Assembly: GCA_012295275.1 (NCBI GenBank)
Contig: CM022665.1
Span: forward strand, 22,258,001 to 22,322,000
Source: Chrysomallon squamiferum
Lineage: Eukaryota > Animalia > Mollusca
Length of the DNA: 64,000 bases
Direction: 5' to 3'
Every line of letters begins with the position of its first letter. The stretch's first letter is position 1. Shown piece by piece: positions 14,400 to 26,244 of the stretch. A model generated the notes under the pieces. The model saw nothing but the letters and a program-made list of their open reading frames with translations, had not been told where the DNA came from and made no database searches. Position numbers and translations under genes: made by a program.

Positions 14400-14750
14400 A
14401 GACACTGATCACTGATTGTATATTTCATCATTAATTGTCTTTATATTTCGTAATACTATGATCACTGTATATTTCATAATAAATCATCTTTAATTGTTTT
14501 TATGTTTCACAATAAAATGATCACTATATATTTCATAATACTATGACCATTGACTTGTATTTGATAATACTATGATCACTGATTGTATATTTCATAATAA
14601 ATGTCCTCAATTGTCTTTATGTTTCACAATAAAATGATCTCTCTCTTATGTTTCACAATACTGTGATCACTGATTGTATATTTTATAATACAAGCATGAA
14701 TGATTATGTAATTATTTCATAATATTATGAATTACTGATTATTTGCATTT
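14400..14750. repeat. Degenerate ~26-33-bp minisatellite (aatactatgatcactgattgtatatttcat) downstream of the Pax1/9 stop
   Basis: Repeated 'atgatcact' and 'tatttcataata' / 'gtttcacaata' cores, about a dozen units. Confidence 0.85.
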
Positions 14751-15493
14751 TGAATAATTTCAAAACACAAAGATGAGTTATCAATATATTAAATAAATGT
14801 TGTAGTATATACCACTGTGCTATTATACCCTGTAGAGTTGTAACGAGACCATCACATTGCTCTAAGATGTTTAATTTTAAAAATGAGATCTCCAGATAAT
14901 GTTTTAAAATATATATATATTTAACGAATATAAACTAAAAATAATGATACATAGAACGTATATCAGTATATATAAATTGTATCTAACAAAATGTACATCA
15001 TTTAAGAAATGTCTTCCAATATTCTAAACGCCTTGAAAATTATATAATAATATCAAGCGACGTTACACGAATATGTACGAGTCCATTTCTAAAAGAGAAA
15101 AACCCTGCTGCCAGTTTTATTTAAAGAAAACAGAGTTTTAAAAAATCTTTGAGATGTTTATATGTACCAACACAACACTTAGCTGAATTTTGAGAAACAA
15201 ATGCAGAGCTCAGTTTCCACGCCCTTCTGATGCATATCCTTTGAAACAAACTGGGGGGAAAATTCTCGTAATATTGTTATCAAGAAGATAATTTCGTGTC
15301 GTACTCTTTAGAGTCTAAATCATTTCACTTCTGACAAATAAACAGCATGTTCTAGGCAAGAAATTCCATGCTCCTAATTTGAAACTGTTCTCATTTTTTT
15401 TTTTTTCCTTCAGTGTCCAGAACTGACACATTATAAATACAGATTTTTGATCCAAGAATTGTCAACATTTGTAACAGCTAGATGGATTCACTT

Positions 15494-16317
15494 TCAGCTT
15501 TGGAGATACATGGGCGAAGGCATCGTTGGTTTCATAGAGTAATAGTTGGCCATGTTGTAGTTTTGAGAAAGACTGACCATGGGGTTATCTGGAGGCATCG
15601 GGCCCGGCTGGCCCATAGATTGAGCGTGTCGATGAAAACCTAAAATATCTGTGACGGAATGTGAAGAAGGCCAGGCCCGCATCTGCATCATGCATGGAGA
15701 AACACAGCTCGCCGGGGGTGGGGCTTTGGGATTCAGCTGTATATTTGAATGTTGCTGGGGGATCTGGTGGGAGCCGGGAACATTGGGCATGGTGGGCGCC
15801 GGGCAGGAGTAAGGATAAAACTGATTAGGGTAAATAGGCGCGGCGTGAGGCATGGCCGCCGGGGGCAGTGGTTTCTGTTCGTACTGCTGGTTAGGATTGG
15901 GACTCGATCCTGTTGGACTGTTGCCGATTTTGTTCCTGAGAATGCGGCTGATGGAACTGACAGAAGGGACGTTATACTTGTCGCACACACCGTCAGCCAA
16001 CAGCTTGTCTCGAATCTCCCAAGCGAAGATTCCCGGATCGCGTTCTTTGTATACTTTGATATGTTTCACTACATTAGGCGTTGTTACTCTCGGTTTGCTG
16101 CCACCAATAGCGCCAGGCAAGATGGACCCAGTCTCGTTGTACCTGGCTAAAATTTTACTGACACACCCGTGAGACACACGTAGCTGTCTGCTGATATCAC
16201 ATGGTCTCACTCCGAGCTGGGCCAGCTCCACGATCCGCAGACGTATTGCGTTAGGGAGGGGACGACCGTTGACAAAAACCCCACCCAGTTGATTGACTTC
16301 TCCATAAGACTGGTGCT
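15494..16317 (-). CDS. Pax1/9: Pax1/9 paired-box transcription factor, coding exon 2 (paired domain, octapeptide, short Pro/Met/Gln-rich tail, TGA stop)
   Basis: Acceptor tttattttcag|AG CAC CAG at 16318/16317 opens the frame (E)[80 protein letters not shown]...[39 protein letters not shown]. This is a Pax1/9-subfamily paired domain. [12 protein letters not shown] follows and there is no homeodomain. The ORF-track 'M' at 16231 is an internal GTG (Val31). Confidence 0.98.
15638..15661 (-). other. Pax1/9: Octapeptide (eh1-like Groucho-interaction motif) HSVTDILG of Pax1/9
   Basis: CAT TCC GTC ACA GAT ATT TTA GGT read directly; matches the HSVT/SxILG octapeptide of the Pax1/9 group. Confidence 0.95.
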
Positions 16318-19260
16318 CTGAAAATAAATATTAAAGAATTTTAGAATTAATTTGTTAATTGTACTTGTTTGCTTTAATTATTTATTTTTATTTTATTTTT
16401 ATTTATTTTATTTTATTTTATTTTATTTATTCATTGTTTTTTTTTTTTTTTTTTTTTTGTTTCCTTCTTTGTTTACTTATTTATTTACCTGTTTATTCAT
16501 TCATTCAGTAATTCATTTCTGTTTTATTAAAAATAAAATAAACATTTAAATTCTCTACCTCCGTACTTGATATTCCAAGGGAAATCTGAATATAACAATG
16601 CATTTTTGACACTTTAAATAGATGTTTAAATGTTGTCTTTTATTACTACTACTACTACTACTACTCCTACTACTACTACTACAACTACTGCTACTACTAC
16701 TATTGTCATAATTATTATTATTGTTATTATTATTATTTGTTTATTTATTTATTCTTCGTCTTAAAATAAAATAAACACAATAAATACGCTACGGTTAAAC
16801 TGTTTATCATATAATCATACTGCTTAATGTACAACCACATAAATATTTCTACAGAACTTTTATGCCAAACAAAATACTAAAATATTCTCATGTCGACACC
16901 TCGTACTATTTGTTAAAATTAGAGAATAGACTTCATAGAGAATGAAGGAGCTATAATACAAATCAAATAAATAAACATCAATGAGATCAAAGGAGAGATA
17001 ACGAAAGTTTCTGCGATGCGTGACAAATTGGCGCGATTAATATCGGCGCGAGATTGCACGATCCGACAGCAAAATGGCGATACGAGCGGCAAAATCTGTC
17101 AAATAGACTGGTAAAGGGAAGTAAAATTTAAATTCATTTTGGCGGCTAATCAGACTGTTATCAGTCCTTGATGACGACAAACAGCGTCACGTTATATCAA
17201 TGCATGCACGTGCGTTTATAATGAAAGGTTACATGTATTTTCTTTATTATGTAGTAACCAACTGACATTACTGCATTTATTTTAATATGGTGATTATTTA
17301 CAAGTATAAATGATGTACACTATATTTTCGTTTATAATAGAAAACAAAGTTTAGTCAGAACGGTTTGAAAATGAAGTAAAAAATACTATCCAATTACAAT
17401 GACCTAATTTAACATTATAATATCCATACAGAAATGTAATTTTAGTATCAGTAAAGAAGACTGAAACATATAAAACACACGTGTTTAGTTCGGCTTTTTC
17501 GTAATTCTGTAAATTTAGAATTAGTCAGTTTCATTTTTAATTCATCTTTCTATTTTCATATGTTTGTCTAAATATTTCGCAGTTTTCGTTACAAATATTG
17601 AAATTATGGTTTGAAATAGTTTATTCTGAATGTAATACAGTTTTAAGTATCTGCCAACATCATGTTGAAAGATTTTAATAATATACATTTTGTATATATA
17701 AATGGTTCATATATATAGATATGTAGGTAGATAAAGAGACGGAGAGACAGACAGACAGACATACACACAGACACACAAAGAGATACATATTGCGATATGT
17801 GCATGTAATAATTAAACTCAATAATTATATTCGAATTAAAATATATTTTTTTAATATTACTTTTTAATTGCAGTTATAAATCATATCAAACAAGAACACA
17901 CAGAAGTTACACAACAAATGTTTGTTTATTACACATGTAATACTTAACGGTTAATGCAAGAATTTTTGATATATCACAGATTTACTTCCTGTATGTGATG
18001 GATAAAACAGTTTCGAGATAACCAGTTACTATAATCTGAAACCTAGAAAAATATTAGTTATTTGGTATACATATTATATATGTATATATATAAATAAAAA
18101 ATAAAAAATGTAGATAACAAATGTTAAATTCGGCTGGGGCAAAGAGATGAAAACTTACAGTATTTATCGTTTTGGAATGAGGGGCGGATGCTACTGAAGA
18201 TTAACATTCATCAAGGTCGAATTCTGCATTTAAGAACAGTTGTGGCACCTTCAGTAAGGTTAATATAACATTCAAGATGAAATAAATATTATTTTAATAA
18301 AATTTAAAAAAAAAAAATGAAAAGGGAAGGGCGTCTGTATTAATATGTTCATAACTATAAAAGTTTACGCCTGCTTTCAGATCTGTAGCCGAATATTTTA
18401 AGAGCAGAATCATTTATCAGTGTATCTAAATATTCAATCTGGATATTTCAACATTAGCTGTTATTTAACTTTATTGTAATTGGTAGATGTTATTTACACT
18501 GGATTCTTTATTTTTAAACTGTTTTGACTAAACTGATAGTTTCTCGTCAGTATATTTGTACGATCTAAATACTACCAAACAAAAAAAAAAAAAAAAAAAA
18601 ATTAAAAATAAGAAAATAAACTGAGAGTGAAATAATATAAATTTACAAAACAGTTATTTTTCTGTTTTAATTTAATTTATTTTACTTTACTTTAATTAGT
18701 TTATTTATTTATTTATTTATTTATTTTATTTTATTTTATTTTATTTTATTTATTTTTATTCAATTAATACATAACATTACGCATGTAGTAATGTATTCAT
18801 AAATATACAGATTAACCCTAAAAACATTAAAAAGAAGAAGATATTACCGTTTGTAAAAAATGTTAACTTTCTTATATGATTTCTAAATATTAACAGACAA
18901 TTAAATTAATATTAAAAGAACTTCAACTGAATATACTTGATTAAGAATGTATATGTTAGTGTTCGTGTGGGCATCGACGTAAAATAATTAATTTTGGACA
19001 GCATGCAAAATCAGATACACTACCAAAACTAATTTCAAAATCATTGTTCTTCTCTAGATACTAGTACAGACAGCAAAAATTAATATAATGTCTTTGCTAA
19101 ATAATCTTAATTTATTTACCAAATCTGAAGATAATAATATTTCTGCTGTTGCATTCACTTTAATCATATTCATATTCATATTATTATTATCGTCATCATC
19201 ATGATCATCATTAAAATCATAATTGTTATTATCATGAAGATCATTATCATCATTATCATC

Positions 19261-19299
<39 letters not shown>

Positions 19300-22200
19300 T
19301 GCTATTGTTTATCTGCACCAGATATCCAGTAATAAATAATAAACTAAAAGGCAAATAAATACAATATATATATTATTATTAATTATATGGTATTGAAACT
19401 TAATAAAAATGGAATAACTTGTATGCTTTGATTTTTACATTTATTTTATTTATTTATTTATTTATTTATTTATTTCAAAAACTGTTTAATTTTTAATTTT
19501 TTAATTTTTTTTTAAATTAAAAATACATTTTTTGTGATAATGGTTTCCTTTTCATATTTCGCCGTTGTCATGATTTCAAAAGGAAAAAAGGAAAGTTAAT
19601 AATAATAATTTAAATAACGGATCATACTATTTTTTTCTGTGGTTTCGATTATTTTTATTTTTTAAACATATTTTTATTATTAATAATATAGCTATTGTTA
19701 TTTAATCCTGTTGTTTATATATTTTGCATACTTGATTTTTTTTTTTTTTTGTTAGCTTAATTTCGTTTTGAATTGCTTATTTTAGTTTTATACTTTTGGG
19801 TACGTTTTTTTTTCTACAGAGATGATTACAAACAGCAAAGGTAATGTATAAGTTACATTACTGTTAGCAAACTAAATATTAAATGTTAAAGTTTTGTTTT
19901 AAAATAATGAAATGGATGCTATACATCCATAATGGATTCAATAAATGAATATTTATTCAATGAAATTTTGTATTTAATGACATTAACAAAACGGAGATAT
20001 TTTTAATAATGTAAAACACATTTAATATTAAATGCAATAAGCCAACCATATTTTTTCATTCACTGAGGCTGCAAGTAGGCTTGTTTTGGGCATCCTGTTA
20101 AAAAGAGTATTAAAGATATGATTAATTAGAAAGAAGAGAAAAGGATACAATGATTTTAATACAGTTAATTCTTGTACGGATCCAGACGTTATTCCAGAAA
20201 CTCTCAGTTTAAAGACAGTGTATTAACCAGTCTGTAATAATTCATAATTCTGGCTAAAGTACTGTTATATTGGCCACCCGTGAGATTTTCAAAAGCTCAA
20301 TCGTTATGTTAACCATTAAAAATTATATCGTTGAAATATTTATCACCTTGAGAATATAAATCCGTTACAAATGTAATGTTAAACAACAAGGGGCGAGCAC
20401 TTCAGTTACAGCGACAGTAAATCGTGTCCGCTTTGACCCTTGCAGTAATAACTTAGAAAAGGCGGGGACCGGTGGGTTTGGGAAGTGGACAGTCTTATCG
20501 GTACTTCACAGGGACCTATCATGGCGGCCATGCTGGACGTGAGAATGTGCTAATTTTCCGGACCAAATTAATTAACTACGAATAATTCCGAGTGATGTTA
20601 CCCCCACAGGGCTCGTTGATCCCGGCCTTGACATTTGACCTCTGTTTAGATATAAGACAATTATTTGAAGAAAGGTTGGGCAGGTAATTTTCGTGTGGAA
20701 TTGCTTTAAAGCAGAAAATGTGGGACAGACGTCTTTAGAACGTGATGGTCCATTTAAAAGAGATTTAAATTGCAACGGGATCCTGAACGGAACATAGGTG
20801 GAATTTTGAATTTTACAACACGACTTTAACTGTTACCTAAACTCATGCTTTACGATCAGCTTAAGAATGATTCTTCAGAATAAAAAAATAGTATAACAGT
20901 ATAATAATCGTAGCGCGATAGGTAAACGTTATTTATTTTCTATGGATTATGAGTATTCCATGTACAGATTTTGGATGGTTTCAGTGTGTACAATGTTTTT
21001 GTTGTTATCGTTTTTCTTATTAGGTTTCACATTATTTTATTTTTATACGTTATTTATTATCGCATTACACCTAATTATTTTCCTTTCATTAAATTTATTT
21101 TCTTCTTCTTTTTGTTGTTAATTGCTTTGTTTAGTTTCGCATTATTATTTCTGTTGATTTTGTTGGTTGTTATTTGTTCTCTTCTTGTTCTCTTTATATT
21201 TTCTTTTTCTTTTTCATTTGCTTTTAACTGTTGGATTTATTTTTGCTACATAAAATTACGTAATCTGTACAGAGGAATTTTTATTTTTTATTTTATTTTA
21301 TTTTCATTTATCTCAATATGTACAAACACTTTAAAACAAATTCTAAATCATTCCGCTTACACAAAACCCTTACTTTCCCTTAGCTTGTGTTTGTCTACGG
21401 GTCTGTGAATGTTACAATACGTGTGAACAAGTTTGTCAGTGGCTGAGGTTCAGTTTAAACCAGCTGTGACAGTCCGCAAATCAAGAGAATATTTTCTTAG
21501 ACGTAGGAATGCAAAGTTTAGTATAGAGTGTCGTTCCCTCAGTGCGAATTGCAAAGGAAGTCCAACTTAAATAGTGTAATTAAGATATGAATCATAACGT
21601 ATTATCGGGCGAAACCGATATTTTTCCTTTTCTTTTTCAGTTTCTCTTGCTTTGAAATGAAATCTTTCAATGAATTTCGTCTTCAGGTCTCAAGAAACAA
21701 AAGCCTAGATCTGATATGGACTACAGACGAAACAGAAGTCCCCGATGGAAAGCAAAAATGGTGCTTATTTGAAAATGTTTACATATTATATACTTGCAAA
21801 TAAATAAATAAATTTACAAATAAATATACTATAATATACTAACGTACATCTATACATTCATGCATTCAAGCATACGTAGGTACATATATAAAAAATTACA
21901 TTCATAAATATATGCACACAGGAATATTTATATAAATTCATAGTCATATACATACAATCTGTGTTCGTATATGTTTCAGATAATGAAAAAATGAACTACA
22001 ACATCGAAACTATAATAGAGTATTACAATATATTTATTCATGATATGTTTTATGACAAATTATTTAGCAATTTTTATTTCATTCTTTCTGTATAATTATA
22101 CCAACTTTTAAATTCATACTAAATATAAGGACTAGACACTGAATTTACCTTTGAATATGATTTGTTTAAGTGTTTTTGATTATATATACATACGTTTATA

Positions 22201-22536
22201 TATATATATACACACACACACTTACATCGAGAGCGAGAGAGAAGTGTGTCATGTTTGTGTGTATATGTTATTTTTGCGTGTGCGCTTTTATCCAGTTTTC
22301 TTTAAGATTCATAGATGCTAGAAGTATTCTATTAATAAATGTATAAAGATACAAATTTTATTATTTGAAATTTTCATTTGTGTTAGTCCTTAAACAAATT
22401 TTAAATATAAATTTAGTCAAAAACGTAACAGTATAATCATCATTACGAACGTTTTAAGTTTGCAAAAATACTAATTTTATTTTTATGTGTTTTCTTCTTT
22501 TATTTATTTTTTTATTTATTTTGTTTGTCGTTATAA

Positions 22537-22581
<45 letters not shown>

Positions 22582-23195
22582 TTATATTATAAAATGAACC
22601 ATGCATAATTTGTAAATGCTTAAAAAATACAAAGAGCAAGTGGTATGTTTACAGAAATAACGTTTGTTTACAAAAGATTAGGGTTTTTAAACACATACTA
22701 ATATAATAAATATGCATTTGTTTTGTGTTAGTTTTGTACGTTTTGCAGTCTTTCGTTAATTTTTATTTTCTTAATATAAATATGTTTTTTATTCCAATGT
22801 TTCATATAATATACAAATTATAGAAACTACTTATATTATTATATACTGTTAAAAAAAACCTAAAAGGGAAATAAATACAATGTATATTATTATTAATTTA
22901 GCGGTGTTGAAACTTAACAAAAATGGAATAATTTGTATGCTTTGGTTTTCATTCATGATAAAATATTTTTACTAGAATCTTAACTTATTTTAAATTATAC
23001 TTTGTAAATAATTCCTTGTATTAACGAAAATTTAATGAAGGAATTGTTTAATGTGAAGCGTTATGTATATTCTGTCTAATCTATGTAAATATAACTGACA
23101 ATAAAAAATATAAAAGACTTATAGAAGTATATAAATATATATGTATATGTAGAACTAACACAGTAAGCAGTGAGACAAATGAACGAAAAAGTGCG

Positions 23196-23231
<36 letters not shown>

Positions 23232-23259
23232 TGATGATGATGATGTTTTAAATTGTAAA

Positions 23260-23322
<63 letters not shown>

Positions 23323-24652
23323 CATTGTTATTAAACAATTCACATATTTTTATTAGCATATTATTTCAAATATTAATGTTTTATCTATTAAAATAAAAAT
23401 GGTATAATAATTTTACGTTTGAAACATTTTAAAGAAATTATTTTATTCGATTACACGAATTATTTTTACTGTAATTTTTATTATCCTTATTTATTTTTTT
23501 CATTCACAGTATTTTAATAATTATACAGCTAGATTTTTCTCTGATCGTATGAGAAATAATATTAAGTTTAAAAAAGATTTATCTTACGAATTAAATATAA
23601 TAAATACTTGGATATTCTGTGATAAGTGAATATAAATATAATAAACATGTCTAAATTGAAGATAATGTAAAAGAAAAAAAAAAAAATGTTTATTTCTGTT
23701 TTTAAATCATTTCACTGAAGATAAAATTACAACGTTTAAGAATATATATATATATTTACCAGCTTTTATATTTATTTATTTATTTATTTATTTATTCGTT
23801 TGATTATTAATTTCTTTATTTCCGCAAGGTTGCTTCTGACTAAATGTTTCTTAGTATTTACGTTCGCAGTTTTGCAGGAAAATATCGTAAACAAATGATC
23901 GAACTGAAATTCATCAGACGGAGATATATACAATATTTATTTACACTTACTCCGAAAAGAATGCGTACGGACTAGTAGACAACGATACAGACGGCGAACA
24001 TGAAAACGGTAAATAAATATATTTTAATTGTATACAAATTGACACTGTGCGGTTGATTAAGGTTATTGTCGTTTTCTATTAGAACGTTTGTAGACGGACA
24101 GTTTCCCGTTACGCTGAAAACAAAACACGACACAGTGAATTAACTGTAGCAGTCTGCCGTTTAAACATGGCCTCCATCGTAAAAAGTGAAACTTAAAACT
24201 CTGAACTGTCTGAAATGTTGTTGTGAGATGTATTCTTTGGCACTAGTCGCCTCGACTAGAAGCGTTTCGTCCTCCTTAAATACACATTTTGCTCGCGCTT
24301 TGCTGTCACACGATCAAGGTTTATGCAGTTGTGTATGTCCAAAAGCTGCCCTGACGATGTCGAGGGTCGCATATGGAAGCAATTTCTTTTGTAACTAATT
24401 CAGCATTTCTCTCTCACTATGAAGTCTATTGCTGATCTTTATCGCAGGCTTTCGAGCGTCAAGCAAAAAAATATAAATTGCTCTAGCAGATATTCACAAT
24501 TGCCTTATACGCTTTTTTTTTTTTTTTTTTTGTTATCATTATAATTTTGTTTTTGAAAAATTCAAATTGGGGGCATTTAAAATAAAAGAAAAAATTTAAA
24601 AAAAAAAAGAAAAAGAATTGTGCCGTTGTGTTTTATTAAAATGAAAACTTAC
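16318..24652 (-). other. Pax1/9: Pax1/9 intron 1 (8335 bp, GT-AG, phase 1)
   Basis: gtaagt donor at 24652 and tttcag acceptor at 16318; phases are compatible. Confidence 0.82.
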
Positions 24653-24656
24653 CCAT
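24653..24656 (-). CDS. Pax1/9: Pax1/9 coding exon 1: ATG G micro-coding segment at the end of the 5' UTR exon
   Basis: Minus strand reads ccattATGG|gtaagt, a consensus donor in phase 1. It joins the phase-1 acceptor at 16317 to give ATG GAG CAC CAG = [11 protein letters not shown], 828 nt in total (275 aa plus stop). It lies in a CpG-rich segment just downstream of CCAAT/GC boxes. Vertebrate PAX9 has the same ATGG|intron arrangement. Confidence 0.85.
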
Positions 24657-24849
24657 AATGGAAGCGCCGAAGTCAAGGGAAATCCCGTTTTGATGATGGT
24701 TGGGTTCCAGCTTTCGTTTGTAAAATTTACGTTGACAAGTTTATGGTGCAAAGTTAGCCGAACTTCCAAAGCCTGGTTTTCTCCACACTTTAGGGATATT
24801 GAATTGTTAAAAGTCCCATGCTACACAAGACCTGGCGATGCGGTATGCA

Positions 24850-25060
24850 TATGAAAAGTCCCGTGACGTGACTTTTACTGTCTCCTGATACAGCGTGTAC
24901 TTCTAGAGAAGTAGCTACGCCAGATTAATTGGGCATCACTCCATTTGATTGGCTCAGAGGCGTGAAGATGCCACTCAAAGAGCTCTGCGACACGCCCCCG
25001 TGCAGAACGACTGCCCCATACCGAGCAGAAGCTATCAACTGTGTGACGTGAATTTCAGAT
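24850..25060 (-). promoter_or_regulatory. Probable Pax1/9 proximal promoter
   Basis: CpG-rich segment 200-400 bp upstream of the ATG. Two minus-strand CCAAT boxes (attgg at 24928-24932 and 24948-24952), an Sp/KLF-type CACGCCCCC (24991-24999) and TGACGTGA CRE-like motifs (about 24864 and 25045). The TSS itself is not determinable. Confidence 0.6.
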
Positions 25061-25217
25061 CAGGATCAGCAACAAGTTAATGTTCCGAAGATAGGAAGAT
25101 TTTTTTGATTTTTTTTTCATCCCCGAGTTCACATTTCCTCTCCAAAGTAATCTCGTTTTTAAACTGTAAGTTTAATTTAAAAATAAAAAAATATTATGAG
25201 CCAATATTTATTTTACT

Positions 25218-25273
<56 letters not shown>

Positions 25274-26213
25274 AAACTTGTTTCAAAATTTGAAGTTTTG
25301 TTTTTGTGATGTAAATTTACACATAAATATCAGGAGCACTGACTTGAATTTTCAAATTTATGTTAAGATTTAAGATTTTTTTTTATTTTTTTATTTTTTA
25401 AAGAAAGAGAGAAAGAATGAAAAAAGAAGATATTTTACCGGTAAAAAAATCTTTTATCAACATAAAGACCAACAGTCCTTTAAATAGTAATAAAAATTAA
25501 TAATAACACTGTATAAATCGTCGTGAATATAAAATCGAAACAAAAAAGAGAGAATCAGTCAATAGATTATTTATCAAGCTATGACACTGTTGAAGTGGTC
25601 TGCGTGGTCGTGTAGCGAATCTGGATCCAGGGTAACTCGAGTGTTCTTCACAGCAGTCAGTGACTAGCAACATTGACACTGTGTCAGTGATATCAGCTTT
25701 AAAACTAGATGACATTACACACAAAACAGACTCGCACGTCTTATCAAGACGTACACACACGCAATAGCGACCTCGTAGTGTTGTGTTCTTTTTCCCCTTT
25801 AGTAAGCCGACATTTCATCCATGAAACGTTTTGCAGGGTTTTTAAATACATTGGGGCTTTTGATTTACTCTCTCGGTTATGGCAGAATACACTTCGATTC
25901 CTGTAATTTGGCAATCGCGTCGGAGCGAAAACTCCGTGAATAATCATGGTAGCGTTTCTCCCCATGCGACACATGCAGATTTGCCCACGGTTGTATGGGA
26001 ATTCCATGCTTTTCAACAACGACATATAAACCTGTTTCGCTACACTTCAGATTATTGCGGCGAATGTTTTCACGTTAATACTTTAAAAAAGAAAAAGAAA
26101 GAAGAAAAAAAAAAAAAAATACATAGTCCGAAAGTGTGAAACTAAAACATTCGTATCCTGTAGATGGTTTAAAGGTGATAACTTTGTGGGGCTAAAAGAG
26201 CACAAGAAAAATC

Positions 26214-26244
<31 letters not shown>

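Noticed and set aside
1-15000. Search for Nkx2/FoxA/Mipol1 exons or extra Pax1/9 3' exons
   Set aside because: No homeobox, forkhead or other recognisable coding sequence was found downstream of Pax1/9 in this window.
15733-16172. Three ORFs overlapping the Pax1/9 exon in other frames or on the other strand
   Set aside because: Shadow ORFs of a GC-rich coding exon.
24243-24259. CTAGTCG-cct-CGACTAG hairpin in intron 1
   Set aside because: The 7-bp stem is too short for a pre-miRNA and is expected by chance in 64 kb.
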